NCBI RefSeq assembly: GCF_003790525.1
Contig: NZ_CP033635.1
Strand: one strand, 5' to 3'
DNA from: Escherichia coli
Lineage (GTDB): Bacteria > Pseudomonadota > Gammaproteobacteria > Enterobacterales > Enterobacteriaceae
DNA: 64,000 bases
Shown: piece after piece, positions 1 to 11,924 of the stretch
Layout: every line of letters starts with the position of its first letter
How positions within the stretch are numbered: position 1 is the first letter of the stretch
Translations under genes and position numbers: made by a program
The notes under the pieces: generated by a model
Told to the model about the DNA's origin: nothing
The model's database searches: none
The model's input: only the letters and a program-made list of their open reading frames with translations

Positions 1-2190
1 ATGTTTGTGGAGCATAACCTGATAAAAAATATCAAGATATTCACACTAGCGTTTACGCTCACCGTGGTACTTATTCAGCTATCCCGTTTTATTTCGCCAC
101 TTGCCATTATCCATTCCAGTTATATCTTTCTGGCGTGGATGCCACTGTGCGTAATGCTGTCAATCTTGTTTATCTTTGGCTGGCGCGGTGTCGTTCCCGT
201 TTTATGCGGGATGTTTTGCACCAATCTGTGGAACTTTCATCTCTCTTTTTTACAGACCGCGGTCATGCTCGGCAGCCAGACGTTTGTTGTGTTGTGTGCC
301 TGCGCAATATTACGCTGGCAGCTGGGGACGCGTTGGCGTTATGGATTGACCAGCCGATATGTCTGGCAACGTCTGTTCTGGCTTGGTTTGGTGGCGCCGA
401 TTGGCATCAAATGCAGCATGTATCTTGTGGGAAATTTCTTTGATTTTCCGCTAAAGATATCTACCTTTTTCGGCGATGCGGATGCCATTTTCACGGTCGT
501 TGATTTGCTAAGCCTTTTCACCGCAGTGCTGATTTACAACATGCTTTTTTACTATCTCACCCGCATGATTGTAAGTCCCCACTTTGCACAGATATTGTGG
601 CGTAGGGATATCGCTCCGTCGTTGAGCAAAGAGAAACGCGCATTTACCTTAAGCTGGCTGGCAGCTCTTAGCGTGCTGCTACTTCTGATGTGCACACCGT
701 ATGAAAATGACTTTATTGCCGGTTACCTGGTACCTGTTTTCTTTATCATCTTTACCCTCGGTGTCGGTAAGCTTCGCTATCCGTTTTTAAATCTCACCTG
801 GGCTGTTTCAACGCTTTGCCTTCTGAATTACAACCAGAACTTTTTGCAAGGGGTACTAACCGAATATTCGCTGGCATTTATTCTCGCAGTACTGATTTCC
901 TTTAGTGTTTGCCTGCTCTATATGGTGCGTATTTATCATCGTAGTGAATGGCTTAACCGCCGCTGGCATTTGCAGGCGCTGACCGATCCGTTAACGCTTC
1001 TACCCAACTTTCGTGCGTTGGAGCAAGCGCCGGAGCAAGAGGCGGGCAAGAGTTTTTGCTGCCTGCGCATTGATAATCTTGAGTTTATGAGTCGTCATTA
1101 CGGCTTAATGATGCGCGTTCACTGTATCCGCTCAATTTACCGTACGCTGCTGCCGTTGATGCAGGAAAACGAAAAGTTGTATCAATTGCCGGGTAGTGAA
1201 CTGCTGATAGTGCTGAGCGGGCCGGAAACGGAAGGGCGACTCCAGCATATGGTTAACATCCTGAATAGTCGGCAAATTCACTGGAACAATACCGGGCTGG
1301 ATATGGGCTATGGTGCTGCCTGGGGGCGTTTTGATGGAAATCAGGAAACCCTGCAACCCTTGTTGGGGCAGTTAAGCTGGCTGGCGGAACAATCCTGCGC
1401 TCATCATCATGTGCTGGCGCTGGATAGCAGAGAGGAGATGGTTTCCGGGCAGACCACTAAACAGGTGCTATTGCTGAATACCATTCGTACTGCATTAGAT
1501 CAGGGCGATTTGCTGCTCTACGCCCAGCCAATTCGCAACAAAGAGGGTGAAGGTTATGATGAGATCCTCGCGCGACTGAAATATGACGGCGGCATTATGA
1601 CCCCGGATAAGTTTCTGCCCCTTATTGCTCAGTTTAACCTTAGCGCGCGTTTTGATTTGCAAGTGCTGGAATCCTTGTTGAAGTGGCTGGCAACACACCC
1701 TTGCGACAAAAAAGGTCCGCGCTTTTCAGTCAATTTAATGCCGCTCACGCTGCTGCAAAAAAATATCGCCGGGCGGATTATTCGTCTGTTTAAGCGTTAT
1801 CACATCTCCCCGCAGGCGGTCATTCTTGAGATCACCGAGGAGCAGGCGTTTTCTAACGCAGAAAGCAGCATGTACAACATCGAGCAACTGCATAAGTTTG
1901 GTTTCCGGATTGCGATTGATGACTTTGGCACCGGCTATGCCAACTACGAACGGTTAAAGCGTTTGCAGGCTGATATCATCAAAATTGATGGTGTCTTTGT
2001 GAAAGATATCGTCACGAATACGCTGGATGCGATGATTGTGAGATCAATTACCGATCTGGCGAAAGCGAAGTCATTGAGTGTGGTCGCGGAGTTTGTCGAG
2101 ACGCAACAGCAGCAGGCGCTATTGCATAAGCTCGGGGTGCAATATCTGCAAGGGTATTTGATTGGTCGCCCGCAGCCATTAGCTGATTAA
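1..2190 (+). CDS. yfeA: Membrane-anchored c-di-GMP phosphodiesterase-type protein (EAL domain), 729 aa
   Basis: Full ORF with hydrophobic N-terminal half and C-terminal EAL-type region (EITEEQ motif); position next to nupC matches K-12 yfeA (pdeA). Confidence 0.88.
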   Translation: MFVEHNLIKNIKIFTLAFTLTVVLIQLSRFISPLAIIHSSYIFLAWMPLCVMLSILFIFGWRGVVPVLCGMFCTNLWNFHLSFLQTAVMLGSQTFVVLCACAILRWQLGTRWRYGLTSRYVWQRLFWLGLVAPIGIKCSMYLVGNFFDFPLKISTFFGDADAIFTVVDLLSLFTAVLIYNMLFYYLTRMIVSPHFAQILWRRDIAPSLSKEKRAFTLSWLAALSVLLLLMCTPYENDFIAGYLVPVFFIIFTLGVGKLRYPFLNLTWAVSTLCLLNYNQNFLQGVLTEYSLAFILAVLISFSVCLLYMVRIYHRSEWLNRRWHLQALTDPLTLLPNFRALEQAPEQEAGKSFCCLRIDNLEFMSRHYGLMMRVHCIRSIYRTLLPLMQENEKLYQLPGSELLIVLSGPETEGRLQHMVNILNSRQIHWNNTGLDMGYGAAWGRFDGNQETLQPLLGQLSWLAEQSCAHHHVLALDSREEMVSGQTTKQVLLLNTIRTALDQGDLLLYAQPIRNKEGEGYDEILARLKYDGGIMTPDKFLPLIAQFNLSARFDLQVLESLLKWLATHPCDKKGPRFSVNLMPLTLLQKNIAGRIIRLFKRYHISPQAVILEITEEQAFSNAESSMYNIEQLHKFGFRIAIDDFGTGYANYERLKRLQADIIKIDGVFVKDIVTNTLDAMIVRSITDLAKAKSLSVVAEFVETQQQQALLHKLGVQYLQGYLIGRPQPLAD

Positions 2191-2198
2191 CAGGCGTA

Positions 2199-2229
2199 AA
2201 AAACCGGGGAATTATCCCCGGCTTTTTTA
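2199..2229. terminator. Bidirectional rho-independent terminator between convergent yfeA and nupC
   Basis: GC hairpin ccgggg-aattat-ccccgg flanked by an A-run upstream and a T-run downstream, so it reads as a terminator on both strands. Confidence 0.7.
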
Positions 2230-2238
2230 TGTATGGTC

Positions 2239-3441
2239 TTACAGCACCAGTGCTGCGATTGACGCAGACAGCACACTCACCAGGGTAGAGCCGTAAACCA
2301 GTTTCAGACCGAAGCGAGAAACCACGTTACCTTGCTCTTCATTCAGGCCTTTAACTGCACCTGCGATAATCCCGATTGATGAGAAGTTAGCGAAGGAAAC
2401 CAGGAACACAGAGATGATGCCTTCAGCACGCGGAGAGAGCGTGGAAGCAATTTTCTGCAGATCCATCATCGCAACGAACTCGTTGGAAACCAGTTTGGTC
2501 GCCATGATACTGCCCACTTGCAGTGCTTCACTGGAAGGAACACCCATCACCCATGCAATCGGATAGAAGATGTAGCCCAGGATGCCCTGGAAGGAGATGC
2601 TGTAGCCAAACCAGCCAGTCACGGTAGCAAACAGTGCGTTCAGCGCGGCGATCAGGGCGATAAAGCCGATCAGCATTGCGGCAACGATAATGGCAACTTT
2701 GAAACCTGCCAGAATGTATTCACCCAGCATTTCGAAGAAGCTCTGACCTTCGTGCAGGTTGGACATCTGAATGTTTTCTTCACTGGCATCAACACGGTAA
2801 GGGTTGATCAGCGACAGCACGATAAAGGTGCTGAACATGTTCAGTACCAGCGCCGCAACGACATATTTCGGCTCCAGCATGGTCATGTATGCACCAACGA
2901 TGGACATCGACACGGTGGACATCGCCGTTGCTGCCATGGTGTACATACGATTGCGGGAGATTTTGCCGAGGATATCTTTATAGGCAATAAAGTTTTCAGA
3001 CTGACCCAGAATCAGGGAGCTGACGGCGTTAAAGGATTCCAGTTTGCCCATACCGTTGACTTTGGAAAGCAGGAAACCAATTGCGCGGATAATCACTGGC
3101 AACACGCGAATGTGCTGGAGAATACCGATCAATGCAGAGATAAAGACGATTGGGCACAGCACTTTCAGAAAGAAGAATGCCAGGCCTTGATCATTCATGC
3201 TACCAAAGACGAAGTTAGTCCCTTCGTTGGCAAATCCGAGCAGTTTTTCGAACATTTCGGAGAAGCCTTTCACGAAGCCTAAACCAACGTCGGAGTTCAG
3301 GAAGAACCACGCCAGTAACACTTCGATAACAAGCAGTTGAATAACATAACGGATACGAATTTTTTTGCGGTCGCTGCTTACCAGCAGTGCGAGAATCGCA
3401 ACAACGGCAAGTGCCAGTACAAAATGAAGGACGCGGTCCAT
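2239..3441 (-). CDS. nupC: Nucleoside:H+ symporter NupC (400 aa from internal Met MDRVLHF)
   Basis: Polytopic membrane protein translation; the track ORF has a 13-codon N-terminal extension, start chosen at the Met matching the 400-aa form. Confidence 0.88.
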
Positions 3442-3708
3442 ATTTGCTCCAAATATGAGGCAGGTTAAATTTCCGTGCACATTCTATGTAACATGGTTAA
3501 GGAAAACGAGATCTGACACACACTATAATGACGTCCTGTGACAAGCTTCAAAAATAGTGAGCTGTCATACATTTCTGCTATGTTGTGTATGGAAGCTGAA
3601 AGTTATGTAAATGTGCTAACATTAAACATAATCACAACATTCAAGTCATCAATCTTTTCGTCGTCATAATTCTGGTCTATCAAAGAAATCATCACAATCC
3701 ACTTAAAT

Positions 3709-3727
3709 GAATTTGATAATCATTCTC
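3709..3727. promoter_or_regulatory. Fur box-like site in mntH promoter
   Basis: tgaatttGATAATCATTcTC matches the Fur consensus GATAATGATAATCATTATC at about 12 of 13 aligned positions, ~50 bp upstream of mntH. Confidence 0.55.
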
Positions 3728-3743
3728 GTTTGACATAGCATGA

Positions 3744-3765
3744 AACATAGCAAAGGCTATGTTTT
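3744..3765. promoter_or_regulatory. MntR operator-like palindrome in mntH promoter
   Basis: Perfect 9-bp inverted arms AAACATAGC / GCTATGTTT with 4-bp spacer, 12 bp upstream of the mntH start. Confidence 0.65.
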
Positions 3766-3767
3766 AG

Positions 3768-5015
<1,248 letters not shown>

Positions 5016-5043
5016 TGGAACTGGTGTCGGAGCAGGCATCACT

Positions 5044-5079
5044 GGCGGATGCGGCGTAAAACGCCTTATCCGCCCTACG
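5044..5079. repeat. REP (repetitive extragenic palindromic) element
   Basis: ggcggatgcggcgtaaaacgccttatccgccctacg resembles the E. coli REP consensus, between convergent mntH and ypeC. Confidence 0.6.
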
Positions 5080-5082
5080 TGT

Positions 5083-5409
5083 TTAATGGCGATGTCCATG
5101 TCCGCGGCCTTTTCCGCGATGATCATCACGATCGCGCCAGCCTTCACGATAGCCACGCTCATACGCTTTACGCTTATCCCAGCCACGGTGGTAGCCATTA
5201 TCATGACGCCACCAGCGGTTCTTACGCCATTCATAATTGCGATGCCAGTAGTCACGGTCGCGCCAGTGACCACCGTCCCAGTAATTACCGTAATGATCGC
5301 GATCGCCAATTTGTAATTTGATTGATGGCAGTAGGGTGATTTCACCTGCGTTTGCCGCAAGCGGGGTAAATGCCATCAGGGCGGCCGCCAGAAACAGTGA
5401 CCTGAACAT
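5083..5409 (-). CDS. ypeC: Secreted DUF2502-family protein YpeC, 108 aa
   Basis: Signal peptide [21 protein letters not shown] followed by an Arg/Asp/His/Trp-rich repetitive region. Confidence 0.8.
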
Positions 5410-5523
5410 TGTTATTCTCCTTCACGATCGAAGCCGTCAGCGGCCTGTTAACGCAATATTACGGGGAGGTAAAGCCCCGTATCATCGCCATAACTCTTAA
5501 ATCATAAAGGAGAGCATTTTTTG

Positions 5524-6780
5524 CTAAACGTTATCGTGGGGTGGCTGTTGCTTCGGACGATTGACCATCATCATCGGCTTACCTGCTAATAACAGCCATG
5601 CCGGAAGCATGACGATACAGAGCAGCGGTAGCAATGTGGTATTGGGTACAACGACTGCCGCCATAAAAAGACTTAACCAGCCATCGCGTGTTACCACCAG
5701 CACGATGCCGAGAATAGCGCAGGAAACGGTTATTGCCGCTGGAACGGCGGGAACGTGCTCATGCAGCATCAACCCTAATGCCACCCCGACAAACACTGCC
5801 GGGAATATTCGCCCACCGCGAAAGCCGCTGGCGGCAGCAACCACGAGAGCGGCAAGTTTAATCACGGCCAGCAAAAAGTAATCGCTGGTGCTGAAAGCCT
5901 GATTTGCCACCATCTGCTGCATCTCATCCAGCCCTTTAAATAGCGAAACTGGTCCAGCAATAACCCCCAGAATACCGAGAATAAATCCGCCCACTCCCAG
6001 CATTAGCACCGGATTTTTAATCTGATGCATCATCGCGTGCAACCGTGGCAGACACCATACGGCAACCATCCCTGCTGCGATGGCAATCGCCGCCACAATT
6101 GCACCGCTGAGAATATCGGTCATCTCCATCTGCCCATAATGCGCAATGGGCAGTGAAAAATGAGGATGGAAAAACAATCCGGTGGTTAGCGCACCAGCCG
6201 CCGCCGCCATTAACGGCGCAAAGAGACGATCCCATAGCGGGACTTCACTACTGCCATTTAAGGTTTGCGAAAATATCAACGCCGCCGCAACAGGTGTGCC
6301 AAACAGCGCGCCGATGGTTCCGGCAGAGGCTAAAATAGTCCACTCCATCCGATTGACGCGCGGTAACAGACGAGCACCTATCGCAACCGCAAGGGCGATA
6401 TTGACGGTCATGATCGGATGTTCCGGCCCCAGGCTGACGCCGCCAGCAAGACCGAGAATTAATGCTACGATAAGTCCTGGTAGCGCAGAGGGCGGAACCG
6501 GCGCGCCGATCAGCGGTTCACAGGCGGGGTCTGGTCCAGCATGCCCCTGGCTGAAACGGATAACCAACCCCACCGCAATACCTGTTAGCGTTAATATGGC
6601 GATGATCCAGAAAGGTGAATCCTGGGCTATCCCCAGAGTTCCCGGCAGTCGTAGCCAGAGCAAATTCTGTAATACCGAGGCGATTTTCATCACCACAATC
6701 AGAATAAGACTGGACGCAATCCCAATTGCCACGGCGGGGAGCGATAATAACAACATGGTTCTGGCTCGCGGATGGAGCAT
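5524..6780 (-). CDS. yfeO: ClC-family ion channel-like membrane protein YfeO, 418 aa
   Basis: Highly hydrophobic, Gly/Ala-rich multi-TM translation; position between ypeC and glk. Confidence 0.85.
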   Translation of the reverse strand: MLHPRARTMLLLSLPAVAIGIASSLILIVVMKIASVLQNLLWLRLPGTLGIAQDSPFWIIAILTLTGIAVGLVIRFSQGHAGPDPACEPLIGAPVPPSALPGLIVALILGLAGGVSLGPEHPIMTVNIALAVAIGARLLPRVNRMEWTILASAGTIGALFGTPVAAALIFSQTLNGSSEVPLWDRLFAPLMAAAAGALTTGLFFHPHFSLPIAHYGQMEMTDILSGAIVAAIAIAAGMVAVWCLPRLHAMMHQIKNPVLMLGVGGFILGILGVIAGPVSLFKGLDEMQQMVANQAFSTSDYFLLAVIKLAALVVAAASGFRGGRIFPAVFVGVALGLMLHEHVPAVPAAITVSCAILGIVLVVTRDGWLSLFMAAVVVPNTTLLPLLCIVMLPAWLLLAGKPMMMVNRPKQQPPHDNV

Positions 6781-6983
6781 GTTCTATTCCTTATGCGGGG
6801 TCAGATACTTAGTTTGCCCAGCTTGCAAAAAGGCATCGCTGCAATTGGTGCTGAAACGATAAAGTAATTGTGTGACCCAGATCGATATTTACAGGGAGCC
6901 TGCCTTTCCGGCGTTGTTGTTATGCCCCCAGGTATTTACAGTGTGAGAAAGAATTATTTTGACTTTAGCGGAGCAGTTGAAGA

Positions 6984-7949
6984 ATGACAAAGTATGCATT
7001 AGTCGGTGATGTGGGCGGCACCAACGCACGTCTTGCTCTGTGTGATATTGCCAGTGGTGAAATCTCGCAGGCTAAGACCTATTCAGGGCTTGATTACCCC
7101 AGCCTCGAAGCGGTCATTCGCGTTTATCTTGAAGAACATAAGGTCGAGGTGAAAGACGGCTGTATTGCCATCGCTTGCCCAATTACCGGTGACTGGGTGG
7201 CAATGACCAACCATACCTGGGCGTTCTCAATTGCCGAAATGAAAAAGAATCTCGGTTTTAGCTATCTGGAAATTATTAACGATTTTACTGCTGTATCGAT
7301 GGCGATCCCGATGCTGAAAAAAGAGCATCTGATTCAGTTTGGTGGCGCAGAACCGGTAGAAGGTAAGCCTATTGCGGTTTACGGTGCCGGAACGGGGCTA
7401 GGGGTTGCGCATCTGGTCCATGTCGATAAGCGTTGGGTAAGCTTGCCAGGCGAAGGCGGTCACGTTGATTTTGCGCCGAATAGTGAAGAAGAGGGCATTA
7501 TCCTCGAAATACTGCGTGCAGAAATTGGTCATGTTTCGGCAGAGCGCGTGCTTTCTGGCCCTGGGCTGGTGAATTTGTATCGCGCAATTGTTAAAGCCGA
7601 CAACCGCCTGCCAGAAAATCTCAAGCCAAAAGATATTACCGAACGCGCGCTGGCTGACAGCTGCACCGATTGCCGCCGCGCGTTGTCGCTGTTTTGCGTC
7701 ATTATGGGCCGTTTTGGCGGCAATCTGGCGCTCAATCTCGGGACATTTGGCGGCGTGTTTATTGCCGGTGGTATCGTGCCGCGCTTCCTTGAGTTCTTCA
7801 AAGCCTCTGGTTTCCGTGCCGCATTTGAAGATAAAGGGCGCTTTAAAGAATATGTCCATGATATTCCGGTGTATCTCATCGTCCATGACAATCCGGGCCT
7901 TCTCGGTTCCGGCGCACATTTACGCCAGACCTTAGGCCACATTCTGTAA
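6984..7949 (+). CDS. glk: Glucokinase, 321 aa
   Basis: N-terminal [14 protein letters not shown] sugar-kinase ATP-binding motif; length matches Glk. Confidence 0.93.
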   Translation: MTKYALVGDVGGTNARLALCDIASGEISQAKTYSGLDYPSLEAVIRVYLEEHKVEVKDGCIAIACPITGDWVAMTNHTWAFSIAEMKKNLGFSYLEIINDFTAVSMAIPMLKKEHLIQFGGAEPVEGKPIAVYGAGTGLGVAHLVHVDKRWVSLPGEGGHVDFAPNSEEEGIILEILRAEIGHVSAERVLSGPGLVNLYRAIVKADNRLPENLKPKDITERALADSCTDCRRALSLFCVIMGRFGGNLALNLGTFGGVFIAGGIVPRFLEFFKASGFRAAFEDKGRFKEYVHDIPVYLIVHDNPGLLGSGAHLRQTLGHIL

Positions 7950-7964
7950 ATCCTTCCTGTCAAA

Positions 7965-7995
7965 TCGGGAGATAACTCTCCCGATAATCTTTTAA
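7965..7995 (+). terminator. Rho-independent terminator after glk
   Basis: Hairpin tcgggag-ataac-tctcccga followed by a T-rich tract. Confidence 0.6.
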
Positions 7996-8167
7996 ATCAT
8001 ACAGTTAATTCAATTTTTCTTTGTGTCACCTCACAAGGCCGACCTGCGTCACACTTCCGTACAGCGGGATTAATTCTCCAGTAAATGCATTATTTGTCTG
8101 GTAACGGCGATTTGTTTTGCACGTTCATAATTTCACTCGTCAACTATCACTGAACGAGGAATTAACG

Positions 8168-8494
8168 ATGAGTAAGAAACTGATTGCTTTATGTGCCTGC
8201 CCGATGGGTCTGGCTCACACCTTTATGGCAGCCCAGGCGCTGGAAGAAGCGGCGGTGGAAGCAGGCTATGAAGTGAAAATTGAAACTCAGGGCGCGGACG
8301 GCATCCAGAATCGCCTGACCGCGCAGGATATCGCCGAAGCGACCATCATCATCCACTCCGTGGCGGTTACCCCGGAAGATAACGAACGTTTCGAATCACG
8401 CGACGTTTATGAAATCACTTTGCAGGACGCAATTAAAAACGCTGCGGGCATCATCAAAGAAATCGAAGAGATGATTGCCTCTGAACAACAGTAA
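8168..8494 (+). CDS. fryB: PTS fructose-like IIB component FryB, 108 aa
   Basis: Start taken at MSKKLIALCACPMG (Cys phosphorylation-site motif of PTS IIB); the track ORF has a 17-codon upstream extension. Confidence 0.85.
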   Translation: MSKKLIALCACPMGLAHTFMAAQALEEAAVEAGYEVKIETQGADGIQNRLTAQDIAEATIIIHSVAVTPEDNERFESRDVYEITLQDAIKNAAGIIKEIEEMIASEQQ

Positions 8495-8515
8495 TATTCG
8501 ACAGGGATAATTGTT

Positions 8516-9763
8516 ATGGCCATTAAAAAACGCAGTGCAACCGTTGTGCCTGGCGCATCCGGTGCGGCAGCGGCAGTTAAGAATCCGCAGGCCTCTAAAA
8601 CCAGCTTCTGGGGTGAACTCCCGCAGCATGTGATGTCAGGGATTTCACGCATGGTGCCGACCTTAATTATGGGCGGTGTGATCCTCGCTTTCAGCCAGCT
8701 GATTGCTTATAGCTGGCTTAAAATTCCTGCTGATATCGGCATCATGGATGCTCTTAATAGCGGGAAATTCTCCGGTTTCGACCTCTCCTTACTGAAATTT
8801 GCCTGGTTGTCGCAGTCCTTCGGCGGCGTGTTGTTTGGTTTTGCCATTCCGATGTTTGCTGCATTTGTGGCGAACTCTATCGGTGGCAAACTGGCGTTCC
8901 CGGCTGGTTTTATCGGTGGGTTGATGTCTACCCAGCCGACGCAACTGCTGAACTTCGATCCCAGCACTATGCAATGGGCGACCTCTTCGCCGGTACCGTC
9001 CACCTTCATTGGTGCCCTGATTATTTCTATCGTTGCTGGTTACCTTGTGAAGTGGATGAACCAGAAAATCCAGTTACCGGATTTCCTGTTAGCGTTCAAA
9101 ACCACATTTTTGCTACCGATTCTTTCCGCCATTTTTGTCATGCTGGCGATGTACTACGTCATCACCCCCTTTGGTGGCTGGATCAACGGCGGTATCCGTA
9201 CCGTGCTGACTGCCGCAGGTGAGAAGGGCGCGCTGATGTACGCGATGGGGATCGCCGCGGCGACAGCAATCGACCTTGGTGGCCCGATCAACAAAGCAGC
9301 TGGTTTCGTTGCCTTCAGCTTTACCACTGACCACGTATTACCGGTTACCGCGCGTTCCATCGCTATTGTTATTCCGCCGATTGGTCTGGGTCTGGCGACC
9401 ATTATCGACCGCCGTTTAACCGGCAAACGTCTGTTCAGTGCTCAGCTTTATCCGCAGGGTAAAACCGCCATGTTCCTGGCGTTTATGGGGATCAGTGAAG
9501 GTGCGATTCCGTTTGCACTGGAAAGTCCCATCACCGCCATTCCGTCCTATATGGTTGGCGCGATTGTCGGCTCAACCGCTGCAGTCTGGCTGGGCGCAGT
9601 GCAATGGTTCCCGGAGTCCGCTATCTGGGCATGGCCGCTGGTCACTAACCTCGGCGTCTATATGGCGGGGATCGCGCTGGGAGCAGTCATTACTGCGCTG
9701 ATGGTGGTGTTCCTGCGTCTGATGATGTTCCGCAAAGGCAAATTGTTAATCGATAGCCTGTAA
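8516..9763 (+). CDS. fryC: PTS fructose-like IIC permease FryC, 415 aa
   Basis: Multi-TM permease translation directly downstream of fryB. Confidence 0.88.
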   Translation: MAIKKRSATVVPGASGAAAAVKNPQASKTSFWGELPQHVMSGISRMVPTLIMGGVILAFSQLIAYSWLKIPADIGIMDALNSGKFSGFDLSLLKFAWLSQSFGGVLFGFAIPMFAAFVANSIGGKLAFPAGFIGGLMSTQPTQLLNFDPSTMQWATSSPVPSTFIGALIISIVAGYLVKWMNQKIQLPDFLLAFKTTFLLPILSAIFVMLAMYYVITPFGGWINGGIRTVLTAAGEKGALMYAMGIAAATAIDLGGPINKAAGFVAFSFTTDHVLPVTARSIAIVIPPIGLGLATIIDRRLTGKRLFSAQLYPQGKTAMFLAFMGISEGAIPFALESPITAIPSYMVGAIVGSTAAVWLGAVQWFPESAIWAWPLVTNLGVYMAGIALGAVITALMVVFLRLMMFRKGKLLIDSL

Positions 9764-9777
9764 GAAGGACAATCCTG

Positions 9778-10863
9778 ATGACATTACTCGCTTCGCTGCG
9801 CGACTGGCTTAAGGCGCAACAACTGGATGCGGTGCTTCTCTCCTCACGGCAGAACAAACAGCCGCATCTGGGGATCTCCACCGGATCAGGCTATGTGCTG
9901 ATTAGCCGTGAAAGTGCGCACATTCTGGTGGACTCGCGCTATTACGCGGATGTAGAAGCCCGCACGCAAGGCTACCAGCTGCATTTGCTTGACGCGACGC
10001 ACACGCTTGCAACCATCGCCAGGCAAATCATTGCCGATGAGCAGTTAAAAACGCTCGGTTTTGAAGGCCAGCAGGTGAGTTGGGAAACCGCGCACCGCTG
10101 GCAGTCTGAACTCAATGCGAAACTGGTAAGCGCCACGCCGGATGTGCTGCGGCAAATCAAAACGCCAGAGGAGGTGGAGAAAATCCGCCTCGCCTGTGGG
10201 ATTGCCGATCGCGGTGCAGAGCATATTCGCCGCTTTATTCAGGCGGGAATGAGCGAGCGCGAGATAGCCGCTGAACTGGAGTGGTTTATGCGCCAGCAGG
10301 GCGCAGAAAAAGCCTCTTTCGATACCATTGTCGCCAGCGGCTGGCGTGGGGCGCTGCCGCACGGCAAAGCCAGCGACAAGATTGTTGCAGCGGGCGAGTT
10401 TGTCACTCTTGATTTTGGTGCGCTGTATCAGGGCTACTGCTCTGATATGACGCGCACCTTGCTGGTGAATGGCGAAGGGGTGAGCGCCGAATCTCACCCG
10501 CTGTTTGACGTCTATCAGATTGTTTTGCAGGCACAGCTCGCGGCAATCTCCGCGATTCGCCCCGGCGTGCGCTGCCAGCAGGTTGACGACGCCGCGCGCC
10601 GGGTGATTACCGAGGCTGGATTTGGCGACTATTTCGGTCATAACACCGGTCATGCTATCGGCATTGAAGTCCATGAAGGTCCGCGTTTTTCACCGCGGGA
10701 CACCACGACGCTACAGCCAGGCATGTTACTGACCGTGGAGCCGGGGATTTATTTGCCAGGGCAAGGGGGCGTGCGCATCGAAGATGTTGTGCTGGTCACC
10801 CCGCAAGGCGCAGAAGTGCTCTACGCCATGCCGAAAACAGTGTTGCTCACGGGAGAGGCATAA
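9778..10863 (+). CDS. ypdF: Xaa-Pro aminopeptidase (M24 family) YpdF, 361 aa
   Basis: Creatinase/prolidase-fold translation with metal-ligand His/Glu/Asp pattern; operon context. Confidence 0.85.
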   Translation: MTLLASLRDWLKAQQLDAVLLSSRQNKQPHLGISTGSGYVLISRESAHILVDSRYYADVEARTQGYQLHLLDATHTLATIARQIIADEQLKTLGFEGQQVSWETAHRWQSELNAKLVSATPDVLRQIKTPEEVEKIRLACGIADRGAEHIRRFIQAGMSEREIAAELEWFMRQQGAEKASFDTIVASGWRGALPHGKASDKIVAAGEFVTLDFGALYQGYCSDMTRTLLVNGEGVSAESHPLFDVYQIVLQAQLAAISAIRPGVRCQQVDDAARRVITEAGFGDYFGHNTGHAIGIEVHEGPRFSPRDTTTLQPGMLLTVEPGIYLPGQGGVRIEDVVLVTPQGAEVLYAMPKTVLLTGEA

Positions 10864-11900
10864 TGGATTTATCGCTATTAAAAGCGTTGAGCGAGGCAGA
10901 TGCGATCGCCTCCTCGGAACAGGAAGTACGGCAGATCCTGCTGGAAGAAGCGGATCGCCTGCAAAAAGAAGTGCGATTTGACGGCCTGGGATCGGTGCTG
11001 ATCCGCCTCAATGAATCGACAGGTCCGAAGGTGATGATCTGTGCACATATGGATGAAGTGGGATTTATGGTGCGCAGCATCTCCCGCGAAGGGGCGATTG
11101 ATGTGCTGCCAGTTGGCAACGTGCGCATGGCTGCCCGACAGCTTCAGCCGGTGCGCATCACCACCCGTGAAGAGTGCAAAATACCTGGCCTGCTTGACGG
11201 CGACCGGCAGGGGAATGACGTCAGCACCATGCGCGTGGACATTGGCGCGCGCTCGTGTGACGAAGTGATGCAGGCGGGAATTCGTCCAGGCGATCGCGTC
11301 ACCTTCGATACCACTTTTCAGGTTCTCCCTCACCAGCGGGTGATGGGGAAAGCCTTTGATGACCGCCTCGGTTGCTACCTGCTGGTGACGTTACTACGTG
11401 AGCTGCACGACGCCGAACTGCCTGCGGAAGTATGGCTGGTGGCAAGTTCCAGCGAAGAGGTGGGATTACGCGGCGGGCAAACTGCCACCCGCGCGGTGTC
11501 GCCGGATGTCGCCATTGTGCTTGATACCGCCTGCTGGGCGAAAAACTTTGATTATGGCGCGGCTAACCATCGTCAGATTGGTAACGGGCCGATGCTGGTG
11601 TTAAGCGATAAATCGCTGATTGCGCCGCCAAAACTTACCGCGTGGATTGAAACCGTGGCGGCAGAAATTGGCGTGCCGTTACAGGCAGATATGTTCAGCA
11701 ACGGCGGCACGGACGGTGGAGCGGTGCATTTAACCGGCACTGGCGTACCCACAGTGGTGATGGGGCCAGCCACCCGCCACGGACATTGCGCGGCATCGAT
11801 TGCCGATTGTCGCGACATTTTGCAGATGCAGCAACTTTTATCTGCCCTTATTCAACGTCTTACGCGTGAGACGGTTGTTCAACTGACGGATTTCAGATGA
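10863..11900 (+). CDS. ypdE: M42-family aminopeptidase YpdE, 345 aa
   Basis: Start codon overlaps the ypdF stop; M42 peptidase-like translation. Confidence 0.85.
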   Translation: MDLSLLKALSEADAIASSEQEVRQILLEEADRLQKEVRFDGLGSVLIRLNESTGPKVMICAHMDEVGFMVRSISREGAIDVLPVGNVRMAARQLQPVRITTREECKIPGLLDGDRQGNDVSTMRVDIGARSCDEVMQAGIRPGDRVTFDTTFQVLPHQRVMGKAFDDRLGCYLLVTLLRELHDAELPAEVWLVASSSEEVGLRGGQTATRAVSPDVAIVLDTACWAKNFDYGAANHRQIGNGPMLVLSDKSLIAPPKLTAWIETVAAEIGVPLQADMFSNGGTDGGAVHLTGTGVPTVVMGPATRHGHCAASIADCRDILQMQQLLSALIQRLTRETVVQLTDFR

Positions 11901-11924
11901 TCTCCTGATTAACCCGGAGCGGTT

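Noticed and set aside
2518-3282. 254-aa ORF on the + strand inside nupC
   Set aside because: Antisense to a well-supported transporter gene; His/Gly/Asp/Gln-rich translation typical of the reverse frame of a hydrophobic gene; no ribosome-binding site context.
5049-5360. Overlapping ORFs (90, 76 and 123 aa) in and antisense to ypeC
   Set aside because: They are alternative frames of the repetitive Arg/Asp/His-rich ypeC region; ypeC with its signal peptide is the coherent call.
7398-7963. ORFs of 173, 144 and 115 aa overlapping glk
   Set aside because: Antisense or out-of-frame within a highly conserved glucokinase gene; no independent support.
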